Assembly: GCA_963793425.1 (NCBI GenBank)
Contig: CAWCAG010000009.1
Location: forward strand, 1,077,805-1,141,804
Reading direction: 5' to 3'
Length of the DNA stretch: 64,000 bases
Source: an uncultured cyanobacterium
GTDB taxonomy: Bacteria; Cyanobacteriota; Cyanobacteriia; Cyanobacteriales; CAWCAG01
The notes beneath the pieces are model-generated. The model saw only the letters and a program-made list of their open reading frames with translations, searched no databases and was not told the DNA's origin. Positions 1-8,906 of this stretch are shown in pieces. Made by a program: the position numbers and the translations under genes. Numbering within the stretch: position 1 is the first letter of the stretch; each line of letters begins with the position of its first letter.

Positions 1-298
1 CTTCTCTTAGTCGTGTGAAAAGCTCTTTAACTTGAGGAAAAGGTTCTACTTTCGGCAATAAACTATCTTGATAATATTCCTTGCGGTACTGGGAAATTTT
101 CTCACCTAACTGTTCAAATTCTTCTTGAGAGATAAAATCTTGCATGATATAGTCACCCCCTTTACCAATTTGCTGGCGTATTTCCTCATAAGGAAAATCA
201 TAACCATATTCTTGGAAAGCTTTAACCCAAGCTTGGGCATGGAACTTAACGGAGTCTACTAAGGTTCCATCTACATCAAAAATGACTGCTTTAAGCAT
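1..298 (-). CDS. HAD-family hydrolase (5' part; runs off the window edge)
   Basis: Manual translation from ATG at 298: MLKAVIFDVDGTLVDSVKFHAQAW, containing HAD motif I (DxDGT). Confidence 0.9.
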   Translation of the reverse strand, partial: MLKAVIFDVDGTLVDSVKFHAQAWVKAFQEYGYDFPYEEIRQQIGKGGDYIMQDFISQEEFEQLGEKISQYRKEYYQDSLLPKVEPFPQVKELFTRLRE

Positions 299-460
299 TG
301 ATTATCCTAATCACAACAGACTCCCATTTTGCTATTTTTCGATGATCAAAATCATCATTCTTGAGAACAATTGTTGTTTCCTTTAACACTCTACCTGTAG
401 TTATATGTATTGAAGGAAACATAATTGTTTCCTTGGGGTACAAACCTTACCGAAATTAAT

Positions 461-977
461 GGGTATAAAGCCTCGTCCTCGCAGGACTGCTCTTATTCAT
501 TTTAGTCTGTGTTTATACTCGCCATGGTAGTATAACTTGGGAGGCAAACCTAGACAGATTTTGAGTAAACATCATCTCAAAATAAGTAGGCAATCGTATT
601 GCATCACGCTGTGAAATTAGCGCGGTGCGTAGTTCAGTCTTAAGTCTGACGAATTGATAGCCTATGTTCGGCGAAGCCGTTGCCGAAGGCTAAATCTGAG
701 AATTAAGAATATGGTGAAGAATCATTGTCTAGCTAAGTCTATTAACGAGGCTTCCTGGTATCAGTTCCGTTGCTGGTTTGTGCTATTATTAATTAGGTAG
801 GTGTAACCCAATTAAATGTGTAAATGCAGCCTACATTCAGCCTGGGAAAATTTTCTAAAAACCGGTGCGGATGGGCATCCCGTATCGCAAATAAAGCTCA
901 CTTTTATATCCTAAGCAATAGCCGGAGTTAGTGAGAAGCCCACACTTACAGCAAGCTGAAGTGTGGGAGTATGTCAC
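461..977 (+). mobile_element. tnpB: Decayed IS200/IS605-family element(s): tnpB pseudogene fragments with end hairpins
   Basis: Frameshifted fragments translate as KHHLKISRQ / HAVKLARCVVQS / ELIAY / NLRIKNMVKNHCLAKSINEASWYQFRCW, typical of cyanobacterial TnpB. Left-end-like GGGTATAAAGCCTCGTCC..GGAC at 461. Right-end hairpin GAAGCCCACACTT...AAGTGTGGGAGTATGTCAC ends at 977. Confidence 0.8.
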
Positions 978-1047
978 ACTGGCACTTAATTTATGGGCAG
1001 AATCTCTTACAATCATGGTTTTAGAGTCCTCGGTTAACACTGGCAGA

Positions 1048-2034
1048 ATGGTTCAATTCAATATTCAGCCAGACAGCGAAATACCATCTTCCAAACAACT
1101 GTTTGACCAAATTCAGTTTGCGATCGCCTCTCGACAGTTTCCTCCTGGACATCGCCTACCAAGTACCCGACAGCTAGCGATGATTACGGGACTACACCGC
1201 AATACCATCAGCAAGGTGTATCGCCAATTAGAAGAAACTGGCTTAGTAGAGTCTCAAGCAGGTTCAGGTATTTATGTTAGGGCCCAAGGACATGAAGGGG
1301 GAACTCAGTTAAGTTCTCCGACTCTAGATAAATACCCCCAAGAAGCATATAAATTAGTTCAGCGAAGTTTAGATGAATTGCTAGCTAAAGGTTGTAGCCT
1401 TACCCAAGCCAGGGATTTGTTTTTATCAGAGATTGACTGGCGTTTACGTTGCAGTGCCAGGGTATTAGTCACTATACCGGGAAGAGATTTAGGGGCAGGG
1501 GAATTAATGGTACATGAACTAGAGAAGTCTTTAGGTATTCCTGTACAACTTGTTCCAATGGAAGAGTTAGAAAAGGTCTTAGAACAAACTCACTCCGGGA
1601 CAGTAGTTACTAGTCGTTACTATATTGGTCAAGCAGAAGAAATTGCTGCCCCCAAATCTGTCCGCGTTATTCCGGTGGATATTTATGACTATGGCAAAGA
1701 AATGGATATCATCAAAACTTTGCCCAAGGGCAGTTGTGTCGGCTTAGTTAGTCTTAGTGTTGGTATCCTCAAAATCGCCGAAACAATGGTTTATAGTTTT
1801 AGGGGAGACGAGCTTTTGATTATGAGCGCTCAAGTTACTGATGATTATAAGCTTAAAGCTTTAGTGCGTTCTGCTCAAACTATTATCTGCGATAGTCCTA
1901 GTTATGACTTAGTTAAAAAAGCAATTTTGACTGCTAGAGAAGATTTAATCCGCCATCCTGAGTTGATTTGTAGTGAGAATTACATAGGTTCTAAATCAAT
2001 TAATTTATTGAAGCGAGAATTAGGTTTAGGGTAA
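1048..2034 (+). CDS. plmA: GntR-family transcriptional regulator, PlmA subfamily
   Basis: MVQFNIQPDSEIPSSKQLFDQI...LPSTRQLA...HRNTISKVY GntR HTH followed by the cyanobacterial PlmA C-terminal region. Start moved to ATG 1048 because the upstream ORF extension overlaps the IS end. Confidence 0.88.
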   Translation: MVQFNIQPDSEIPSSKQLFDQIQFAIASRQFPPGHRLPSTRQLAMITGLHRNTISKVYRQLEETGLVESQAGSGIYVRAQGHEGGTQLSSPTLDKYPQEAYKLVQRSLDELLAKGCSLTQARDLFLSEIDWRLRCSARVLVTIPGRDLGAGELMVHELEKSLGIPVQLVPMEELEKVLEQTHSGTVVTSRYYIGQAEEIAAPKSVRVIPVDIYDYGKEMDIIKTLPKGSCVGLVSLSVGILKIAETMVYSFRGDELLIMSAQVTDDYKLKALVRSAQTIICDSPSYDLVKKAILTAREDLIRHPELICSENYIGSKSINLLKRELGLG

Positions 2035-2199
2035 ATAATCTTTCTTTTGAACTAAAAATACTAATTTACTATTGCTAAAATAATTTACTTTTGTTACTTT
2101 GATGAGAGTAAATTAGCTCCTTGCAAATATTAAGCTAGCAATGAAAAATAGTAAAAGCGACCCCAGCATTAACAATCAAACAAGTAAATCTCTACTCAG

Positions 2200-2739
2200 A
2201 TGAGATTGCAGGTTGGAGAAAAGCAAGCAGGATTTACTTTAATTGAGGCAATGATCGTCTTAGTTATCATCTCGATTTTCGCGGCTATTGCTATTCCTAC
2301 TTATTTGCACTTTGCTTCTAAAGCTAAACTTAGGGCTGCTATATTCGAGTTATCCCAATTCTGGAAAGAAACTCGTTTTGATGCTATGGATAGTGGCAGT
2401 ACTCCCTCAACTATCTGCATGGCAGAATCTACTTCAAATCAGGTAGTTTATGCCAAACTGAACGGTAAAGATTGTAACTTAGTCACTGCTTGGCATAGCT
2501 TACCGCGCGGGGTAAGTATTGATGAAGAAAATTCTACTTTGCGTACTGTAAGTGGTGTCGCTGGCAACGATGGCAAAATTTATCGGGTTAGTTGGGCTGA
2601 TACCAAAGCTGGTTACGGGGGATCTTGGGGGCAACTAGGGCGTATTACCCTCCAAGCAGGTACAGCAAAACAATGCCTATTTTTGTTTAGCACCAAGGGA
2701 GATTGGGAAGCAAGGAAGGGAAAGAAATGTTTTAAGTAA
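2200..2739 (+). CDS. Type IV pilin / pseudopilin (prepilin N-terminal cleavage-methylation domain)
   Basis: QAG|FTLIEAMIVLVIISIFAAIAIP class III signal; Cys pairs in the head domain. Confidence 0.88.
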   Translation: MRLQVGEKQAGFTLIEAMIVLVIISIFAAIAIPTYLHFASKAKLRAAIFELSQFWKETRFDAMDSGSTPSTICMAESTSNQVVYAKLNGKDCNLVTAWHSLPRGVSIDEENSTLRTVSGVAGNDGKIYRVSWADTKAGYGGSWGQLGRITLQAGTAKQCLFLFSTKGDWEARKGKKCFK

Positions 2740-2970
2740 GCTAATTGCTAAACTGGACTTCATAAGCAATAGTCAAGAAAGCTTAATAGAGTTGAGATTA
2801 CTTCCTTTCTTCCTTCCTTCCTTGTAGACATTACCGACACAATGTCAAGCAAACGTAAGCGCTTTTTTCTGAGTAATAACTCACCGAGGGGTTCTTCAAA
2901 CAAGCTTTTGTAAGCCCAAATAGGTAATGCCAGATACAATATAGCAAAACAAGAGTCTAGTAAAGAATAA

Positions 2971-3348
2971 CTATTTTCTGGCTAACCAATAGCCAAAGGA
3001 AATGCCAATTAAGCTAGCCACTAAATCCAAAACAGTCAAAGTACGATTAGGAGAGAAGCCTTGTAAAAGTTCTTCAGCAATCGTGAAAATTCCGAATAAA
3101 ACTGGCCATAGAGGCAAAACATAATCCAATAATTTTAGTTTGCGGTGTTTAAAGACTCGATGACCTAAATAGGTTGCGATTGCATAAATAACAAAATGCC
3201 CTATGGTATCGTGATAGGGTATGCGACTTAACCAACCAGGTAGATTTCCTGTATAAGCCACAACTAAAATTGTTAGTAGTGTAGCGCCGTAAATACTCGC
3301 AATAACTTTGACAGAGAGATTATTTGATTTTTGGTTAAGTAATTTCAT
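2971..3348 (-). CDS. VanZ-like membrane protein
   Basis: DTIGHFVIY and EELLQGFSPNRT..DL motifs; several hydrophobic segments. Confidence 0.75.
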   Translation of the reverse strand: MKLLNQKSNNLSVKVIASIYGATLLTILVVAYTGNLPGWLSRIPYHDTIGHFVIYAIATYLGHRVFKHRKLKLLDYVLPLWPVLFGIFTIAEELLQGFSPNRTLTVLDLVASLIGISFGYWLARK

Positions 3349-3424
3349 AAACGAACCAGAACTGTTTTAATTACTTCATACCCAAAGCAGTACTTTTGGG
3401 AAAAGTAAGCAGAAGAAATGACAA

Positions 3425-4435
3425 ATGAGCAATGATAAATCTTTAAAGCAACCAAAAAAGCCAGGTAAATCTCTCCCAGGTAAATTTATTATCAAACTGG
3501 GAAAATTCACTTGGACAACCATGTGGCAAATTATGATGTCACAACTCGCCCCTCGTAACAAATCGGGGGCTTACATTCGCCCAGAAAGTCAGTTCCGTAA
3601 TTCCATTGGTACAGAAGCTTATACCCCCCAGAAAGGGCGCTACCGCCTTTATGCTGGTTTAGGTTGTCCTTGGGCCCATCGTACCTTAGTAACAAGAAGT
3701 CTCAAAGGCTTAGAAGAGGTTGTAGGAGTATCTATTGTTTCTCCTGCTGCTGAAGCGGGAATTTGGGTATTCAATCAAGAAAAAGAAGGTTGTCAAACTG
3801 TTCCTCAATTATATAACTTAGCTAAACCAGGTTATCAGGGACGTTGCACTGTTCCTATATTATGGGACACTGAAACAAAGACGATTGTTAATAACGAGAG
3901 TGCAGAAATTATCATCATGCTGAACTCCCAATTTAACGAATATGCAACAAACCCTAACCTTGACTTATATCCAGAGGAATTGCAGGAGAAAATTGAATGG
4001 TGGAATGAGAAAATTTATCACGCTGTTAACAATGGTGTCTATCGCTGCGGTTTTGCCCAAACCCAAGAAGCATACAACCAAGCTTGTGAGGAACTTTTCA
4101 CTACTTTAGATGAAATTGATACGGCTTTAGCAACTAGTCATTATCTTTGTGGAGAACAATTAACTTTAGCAGATGTGCGTTTATTTACAACCCTGTTCCG
4201 TTTTGATGTAGTCTATTACGGGCTATTCAAATGCAACCGCCGCAGAATTCAAGATTATGCAAACCTCGGCCCTTATTTGCGAGATATTTATCAGTTGCCA
4301 GGGGTTGCTGACACTTGCGATCTCGATAGTGTGAAGCAAGATTATTACGGCAATCTTTTCCCCCTCAATCCAGGAAGTATAATACCTTCGGGGCCAGATA
4401 TTATGCCATTTCTCTCTAAGTCTGCTGAAAGATGA
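3425..4435 (+). CDS. Glutathione S-transferase, omega/Xi class (glutathionyl-hydroquinone reductase)
   Basis: CPWAHR active site; TVPILWD, IVNNESAEI, NNGVYRCGFA motifs. Confidence 0.92.
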   Translation: MSNDKSLKQPKKPGKSLPGKFIIKLGKFTWTTMWQIMMSQLAPRNKSGAYIRPESQFRNSIGTEAYTPQKGRYRLYAGLGCPWAHRTLVTRSLKGLEEVVGVSIVSPAAEAGIWVFNQEKEGCQTVPQLYNLAKPGYQGRCTVPILWDTETKTIVNNESAEIIIMLNSQFNEYATNPNLDLYPEELQEKIEWWNEKIYHAVNNGVYRCGFAQTQEAYNQACEELFTTLDEIDTALATSHYLCGEQLTLADVRLFTTLFRFDVVYYGLFKCNRRRIQDYANLGPYLRDIYQLPGVADTCDLDSVKQDYYGNLFPLNPGSIIPSGPDIMPFLSKSAER

Positions 4436-4489
4436 TCACACTAATTCTCTTTAGTTGTGACAAAAATGTACATATGGGAGAAATAATAA

Positions 4490-5368
4490 ATGTTAAATGA
4501 AAATTGTCTCTATCTCGTCGGTACTCCCATTGGTAACCTAGAAGATATGACCTTTCGGGCAGTACGCATCCTCCAAAGTGTCGATTTAATTGCTGCCGAA
4601 GATACTCGCCATACCGGTAAACTCTTACAACACTTTCAAATTACAACCCCTCAGCTTAGTTATCACCAACACAATTGTCAACAACGCCACCAAGAATTAT
4701 TAAAGCGTTTACAAAAAGGAGAGGCGATCGCCTTAGTAACTGATGCAGGAATGCCTTGTATTTCTGATCCTGGTTACGAACTAGTTAAAGCTTGTGTAGA
4801 AGCTAAAATCTCTGTTGTACCAATCCCTGGTGTAACAGCCGCCATAACCGCTTTGGCAGCCTCTGGATTACCTGGGGAAGGTTTCATCTTTAATGGATTC
4901 TTGCCCTACAAAAATAAACCCCGTCAGGAACAATTAAATAGTATCAAAAAAGAAACTCGTACCCTAATTTTCTACGAAGCCCCCCATCACTTGCTACAAA
5001 CCCTTAAGGATTTAGAAATTACTTTAGGTGAGAATCGTCCCATTGTTCTGGCGAGGGAACTAACTAAACTCCATGAAGAATTTTGGCGAGGTACAATCAA
5101 AGAGGCGATCGCCCTCTATACGAATCTAAGGCAACCCAAGGGAGAATATACTTTAGTGGTAGCTGGGGCAGAAACTGCTGCAACTCTTAATCTTTCGGAA
5201 GCAGAACTTAAAGTTGAATTGCAACAACTATTAAAACAAGGAATGACACGATCGCAAGCTAGTCGCCATCTTGCTGAATTAACTTCTCTGTCTCGGAGGG
5301 AGATTTATCAGTTGTCAATGATACCTAACGGCAACGTAAAGCAGAACAATGATAAATGCTCAACGTAG
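4490..5368 (+). CDS. rsmI: 16S rRNA (cytidine1402-2'-O)-methyltransferase
   Basis: LYLVGTPIGNLED, AEDTRHT, DAGMPCISDPG, ARELTKLHEE motifs. Confidence 0.95.
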   Translation: MLNENCLYLVGTPIGNLEDMTFRAVRILQSVDLIAAEDTRHTGKLLQHFQITTPQLSYHQHNCQQRHQELLKRLQKGEAIALVTDAGMPCISDPGYELVKACVEAKISVVPIPGVTAAITALAASGLPGEGFIFNGFLPYKNKPRQEQLNSIKKETRTLIFYEAPHHLLQTLKDLEITLGENRPIVLARELTKLHEEFWRGTIKEAIALYTNLRQPKGEYTLVVAGAETAATLNLSEAELKVELQQLLKQGMTRSQASRHLAELTSLSRREIYQLSMIPNGNVKQNNDKCST

Positions 5369-5428
5369 GGGCGACCCGTTTTTCCCGTATTATTAATAAA
5401 TCAAAGGTCTATGTTGGGTCGCCCTCTA
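5365..5428. repeat. REP-like inverted repeat pair
   Basis: GTAGGGGCGACCC ... GGGTCGCCCTCTA between convergent genes. Confidence 0.6.
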
Positions 5429-5438
5429 TCAATTATTC

Positions 5439-7133
5439 TCAGTAACTCAACACAGGCAAAGAATCATCAACACGCCATAATAACTCCAACCCCTTAGCAG
5501 GCATAGTTAAAAATAAAATATCTCCTGGTTGGAGGTGAATTTCTAAGAGTTGCCTACCATGGATTGTTTTATTGTTGCTATCTAAATATAAAGGAACAAA
5601 GTCTGCATCCATCGCTGCATCCTTGACAGTTTTGTTGCAAAAAGGATGGGCTGGGGTGATTAGCGTACCTACAGCAATCCAAAGGAGGTCTGCTGTCATA
5701 CCATGACCTAAAACCTTACCACCCAATGCTGCTGCCACAAAGGAAGGTGTGGCCAACTCCGTAGGACAAAGTACGTTATCAAAACCAAATACTTCTTGTA
5801 CAGATTCAGCAAATTGAGGTTCTCGATGACGGGCTACTACTGTTATACCAGAAGTGATTGCTTTGGCACAGAGAGCAATTTCCACATTAGCCATGTCATC
5901 GCTAGTTACGGCTAATAGCGCCGCTGCTTTGGCAATATTAGCTGCTTTGAGAGTATTGGCGATGCGAGAGTCTTCTATAATTACAGGTACTCCCAAAGAA
6001 CGGGCTGTGTGAAGAAAACGATTGTTGTGATCTTTTTCTATTACCACCACCTCTTGCCCTTGTTTAAGGAGTTGATGGACAATTTTCATGCCAATTTCTC
6101 CTAAGCCACAAACTATGTAGTGGTTGCGAGGGGGAATCCTCGCTGCATCCCAAAACTGCTTGAGACGACTACCTAGCACAAAATCATTAATTAGGGCATA
6201 ACAAATACCAATTACTCCAGCCCCCACAATCATCATAATCGCTGTGAAAAGCTTGATACTATCTGGGGCTTGTTCAGCAACTTGTTCTTGCCCCCCTGCC
6301 CCGGTTATCATACCTACAGAGAAGTAGAGAGCATCGATAATAGAGGTATTAAAGTTAACGCTAACATAAGTGACAGTAGCTAGTAAAATTGTTACCAATA
6401 AAGCCAGCATCACAATAGCAATGGGGCGACCATGACGGTTAAACTTACCGAAATTAGTCAAGGCTTTGAGAAAAGTTAAAGGTTTGGGGCGGCGATTTCT
6501 GCTAACTTTCGGTTGAGTACCAATAACTAAATGATCCCCTAACTCTAACTTATCCCCATGTACCACCGCAGAAATTAAGTCTTGTTCGCCTTTCGCCGGT
6601 AAGTAATAGATTAACATCCGCTCTAAGCTAGTCCAAAGCTGGCTTAAAGGCATTCCCAACCAAGGATGGTTAGCATCGATAACCTCTTCGTAGATAGGCC
6701 AAGTTTTGTTAAATAGTTGTAACTGACCAATAGCTTGACTACCAAAAGCTGCAAAGGTAAAAATAGGAGCAGCCCATTCAGAAACGCTCATGGAAAAGTG
6801 ATGGGGCAGAATTTTGTCTAAGCGTTCCCCCAAAGTTTCATTAAAAATACGATTAACAATACGAATGTGGGGATTAATCACCCTTGCTTGGGTGAGAATA
6901 GCTAAATTAAGTCCGTCATCGTCGCTACAAAGAACGAGGGTATTAGCTTCCCGAATACCCGCTGTGATTAAGGTAGAAGCAGCACGCAAATCCCCAACAA
7001 TTAGGTCATCACCACGTTCGCAAGGGAAAGGTCGGTCGCTAATCGCTACAACATTTGCTCCCTGTTGACGCAATAAACAAAAAATTTTATACCCAGTACG
7101 ACCTAAGCCAGAGACAATGATTCGAGGTTTCAT
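5439..7133 (-). CDS. TrkA/RCK-domain potassium-channel-family protein
   Basis: Two TrkA-N Rossmann motifs (IVSGLGRTG, IVCGLGEIG) flanking a 2-TM ion-channel segment. Confidence 0.85.
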   Translation of the reverse strand: MKPRIIVSGLGRTGYKIFCLLRQQGANVVAISDRPFPCERGDDLIVGDLRAASTLITAGIREANTLVLCSDDDGLNLAILTQARVINPHIRIVNRIFNETLGERLDKILPHHFSMSVSEWAAPIFTFAAFGSQAIGQLQLFNKTWPIYEEVIDANHPWLGMPLSQLWTSLERMLIYYLPAKGEQDLISAVVHGDKLELGDHLVIGTQPKVSRNRRPKPLTFLKALTNFGKFNRHGRPIAIVMLALLVTILLATVTYVSVNFNTSIIDALYFSVGMITGAGGQEQVAEQAPDSIKLFTAIMMIVGAGVIGICYALINDFVLGSRLKQFWDAARIPPRNHYIVCGLGEIGMKIVHQLLKQGQEVVVIEKDHNNRFLHTARSLGVPVIIEDSRIANTLKAANIAKAAALLAVTSDDMANVEIALCAKAITSGITVVARHREPQFAESVQEVFGFDNVLCPTELATPSFVAAALGGKVLGHGMTADLLWIAVGTLITPAHPFCNKTVKDAAMDADFVPLYLDSNNKTIHGRQLLEIHLQPGDILFLTMPAKGLELLWRVDDSLPVLSY

Positions 7134-7400
7134 AACTCACCAACATCTACCAATCAAAAAAGCCGCCGTTCATCATACTAATACTAATTCTCAACTTTTC
7201 CGGGAAACATACTTCCATTGTCACTTGTTTGCGACCCGAATAATGTATCCCAGTACACTAACAAACCAATCTTTTTACTTAAAATAAAGCCTGAATTTTA
7301 TACATTCAAAAACAAATTACCTAAGACTGAAAATCTAAAATCCCAAGTAGTTAGCTTTTGCCGTAAACTTTTAAATTGTTTACTAAACTACAAACTAGCA

Positions 7401-7598
7401 ATGGAAATTGGGCAAAAAGTACAAGTCTGCCGTCTTAGAGATCGCGTCGCACCTGGCATCTTAGGCAAACTGGGTAAAGTTGGTGTGATTAAAGACTTCA
7501 AAATGACTGATGGTAGCGGAGTTGGTGCAGTGGTGAAATTTGAAGATAACTCAACTACTTGGTTTTTTGAAGATGAACTCAGAGCCGTAGGATCATAG
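7401..7598 (+). CDS. petP: Cytochrome b6f-associated subunit PetP (DUF2862)
   Basis: MEIGQKVQVCRLRDRV...KMTDGSGVG...TWFFEDEL. True start taken as ATG 7401. Confidence 0.85.
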   Translation: MEIGQKVQVCRLRDRVAPGILGKLGKVGVIKDFKMTDGSGVGAVVKFEDNSTTWFFEDELRAVGS

Positions 7599-7749
7599 AG
7601 TCTGGTAAGACCATTTTTCAAAAATTATGGCATTTGTTAATAAACAAGGGGGGAATGGTACAGGGTAAAAAACTAAAACCTGTCAGCCTCTCCCATTTTG
7701 GGCGCAAGGCTTGCGCCCCTAAAATTATATTCTTTCAACCTACAACAAA

Positions 7750-8847
7750 ATGGCACAAATACTCACTTTTTTAGGGAAAGGCGGTAGTGGTCGTACCACA
7801 GTTGCGATCGCCGCAGCTAAACAGCTTTCTGCCCAAGGTTCTCGTGTTCTTTTGGCAGGACAAGACCCTAGCCCTGGCTTTAGTCTACTCTTGGGAGTTC
7901 CTCTGACCTCTGAACCCCAAGAAATTGCCCCCAACCTCAAAGTTGTCCAACTGCAATCTACCACACTGTTAGAGCAGAGTTGGGATGAGGTTAAAAAACT
8001 AGAGGCTAAATACTTGCGATCGCCGACATTAAAAAATGTTTATGGTCAAGAATTAAGCATTTTACCAGGGATGGATAGCGCCCTCGCTTTAAATGCGATT
8101 CGGGAATACAACCAAAGAGGCGATTATGATGTCATTATTTATGATAGTCCTGGAAACTTAGCAACCTTGAAAATGTTGGGCATTCCTGAAAGTTTAAGCT
8201 GGTATATTCGCCGCTTCCGTCAGGTATTTGTTGATTCTGATGTGGGTAAAGCTATTAGTCCTTTTATTCAACCTGTAAGCGCTGCTATTCTCAATGTAAC
8301 TTGGACAGCAGATAGTTTCGCCAAAGAACCTACCAATGAAGCTAATAACATCCTGGAGGAGGGTAGAGCAGCCTTAGCAGATCCTAACCGAGTAGTTGCT
8401 TATTTAGTCACCAATGATGACCCAGTTGCGATCGCCACAGCTAAGTATCTTTGGGGTAGCGCCCAGCAAGTAGGTTTAACGGTAGGGGGAACTTTACTCA
8501 ATCAAGGGGAAACCACAGATGACATTACCACAGAATTTGCACCTTTAACAGTAACCCCCTTACCAAAACGCCAAGGAAATGATTGGCAAAATTTAATTGA
8601 TGCTTTACCTAATTTAAGAACAGTTCCTCAAGTCCCTAAACCGGTGGAAGTCGATACCGCAGCCCGTGAAGTGCGCCTATTTTTACCGGGATTAAATAAA
8701 AAGCAGGTAAAACTAACTCAATATGGGCCAGAAATCACCATTGAAGCAGGAGATCAAAGACGCAACTTAACTTTACCACCCCAATTAAGTGGTCGTCCTG
8801 TCAAGGGTGCAAAGTTTCAAGATGGCTACTTGATTGTATCTTTTTGA
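7750..8847 (+). CDS. ArsA/Get3-family ATPase with C-terminal alpha-crystallin-like domain (Get3d type)
   Basis: GKGGSGRTT deviant Walker A, LPGMD motif, C-terminal HSP20-like beta region. Confidence 0.85.
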   Translation: MAQILTFLGKGGSGRTTVAIAAAKQLSAQGSRVLLAGQDPSPGFSLLLGVPLTSEPQEIAPNLKVVQLQSTTLLEQSWDEVKKLEAKYLRSPTLKNVYGQELSILPGMDSALALNAIREYNQRGDYDVIIYDSPGNLATLKMLGIPESLSWYIRRFRQVFVDSDVGKAISPFIQPVSAAILNVTWTADSFAKEPTNEANNILEEGRAALADPNRVVAYLVTNDDPVAIATAKYLWGSAQQVGLTVGGTLLNQGETTDDITTEFAPLTVTPLPKRQGNDWQNLIDALPNLRTVPQVPKPVEVDTAAREVRLFLPGLNKKQVKLTQYGPEITIEAGDQRRNLTLPPQLSGRPVKGAKFQDGYLIVSF

Positions 8848-8850
8848 AAG

Positions 8851-8880
8851 ATAGGGAGTAGGGAGTAGGGAGTAGGGAGT
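8851..8880. repeat. STRR-like heptamer tandem repeat (AGGGAGT)n
   Basis: About four copies directly visible. Related tandem arrays at ~13487-13523, 27113-27190, 29330-29357, 29473-29500, 48203-48240, 52687-52810, 56318-56352 and 57546-57572. Confidence 0.9.
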
Positions 8881-8906
8881 AAAGCTTTGAGAAGTTTATC
8901 CTAACC

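Noticed and set aside
931..1047. N-terminal extension of the GntR ORF
   Set aside because: It overlaps the IS right-end hairpin; PlmA-like sequence starts at ATG 1048.
7218..7400. N-terminal extension of the PetP ORF
   Set aside because: AT-rich promoter region; the family-like sequence begins at ATG 7401.
7750..8847. ArsA-like ATPase with GKGGSGRT and an HSP20-like tail
   Set aside because: Matches the already described cyanobacterial/plastid Get3d-type family.
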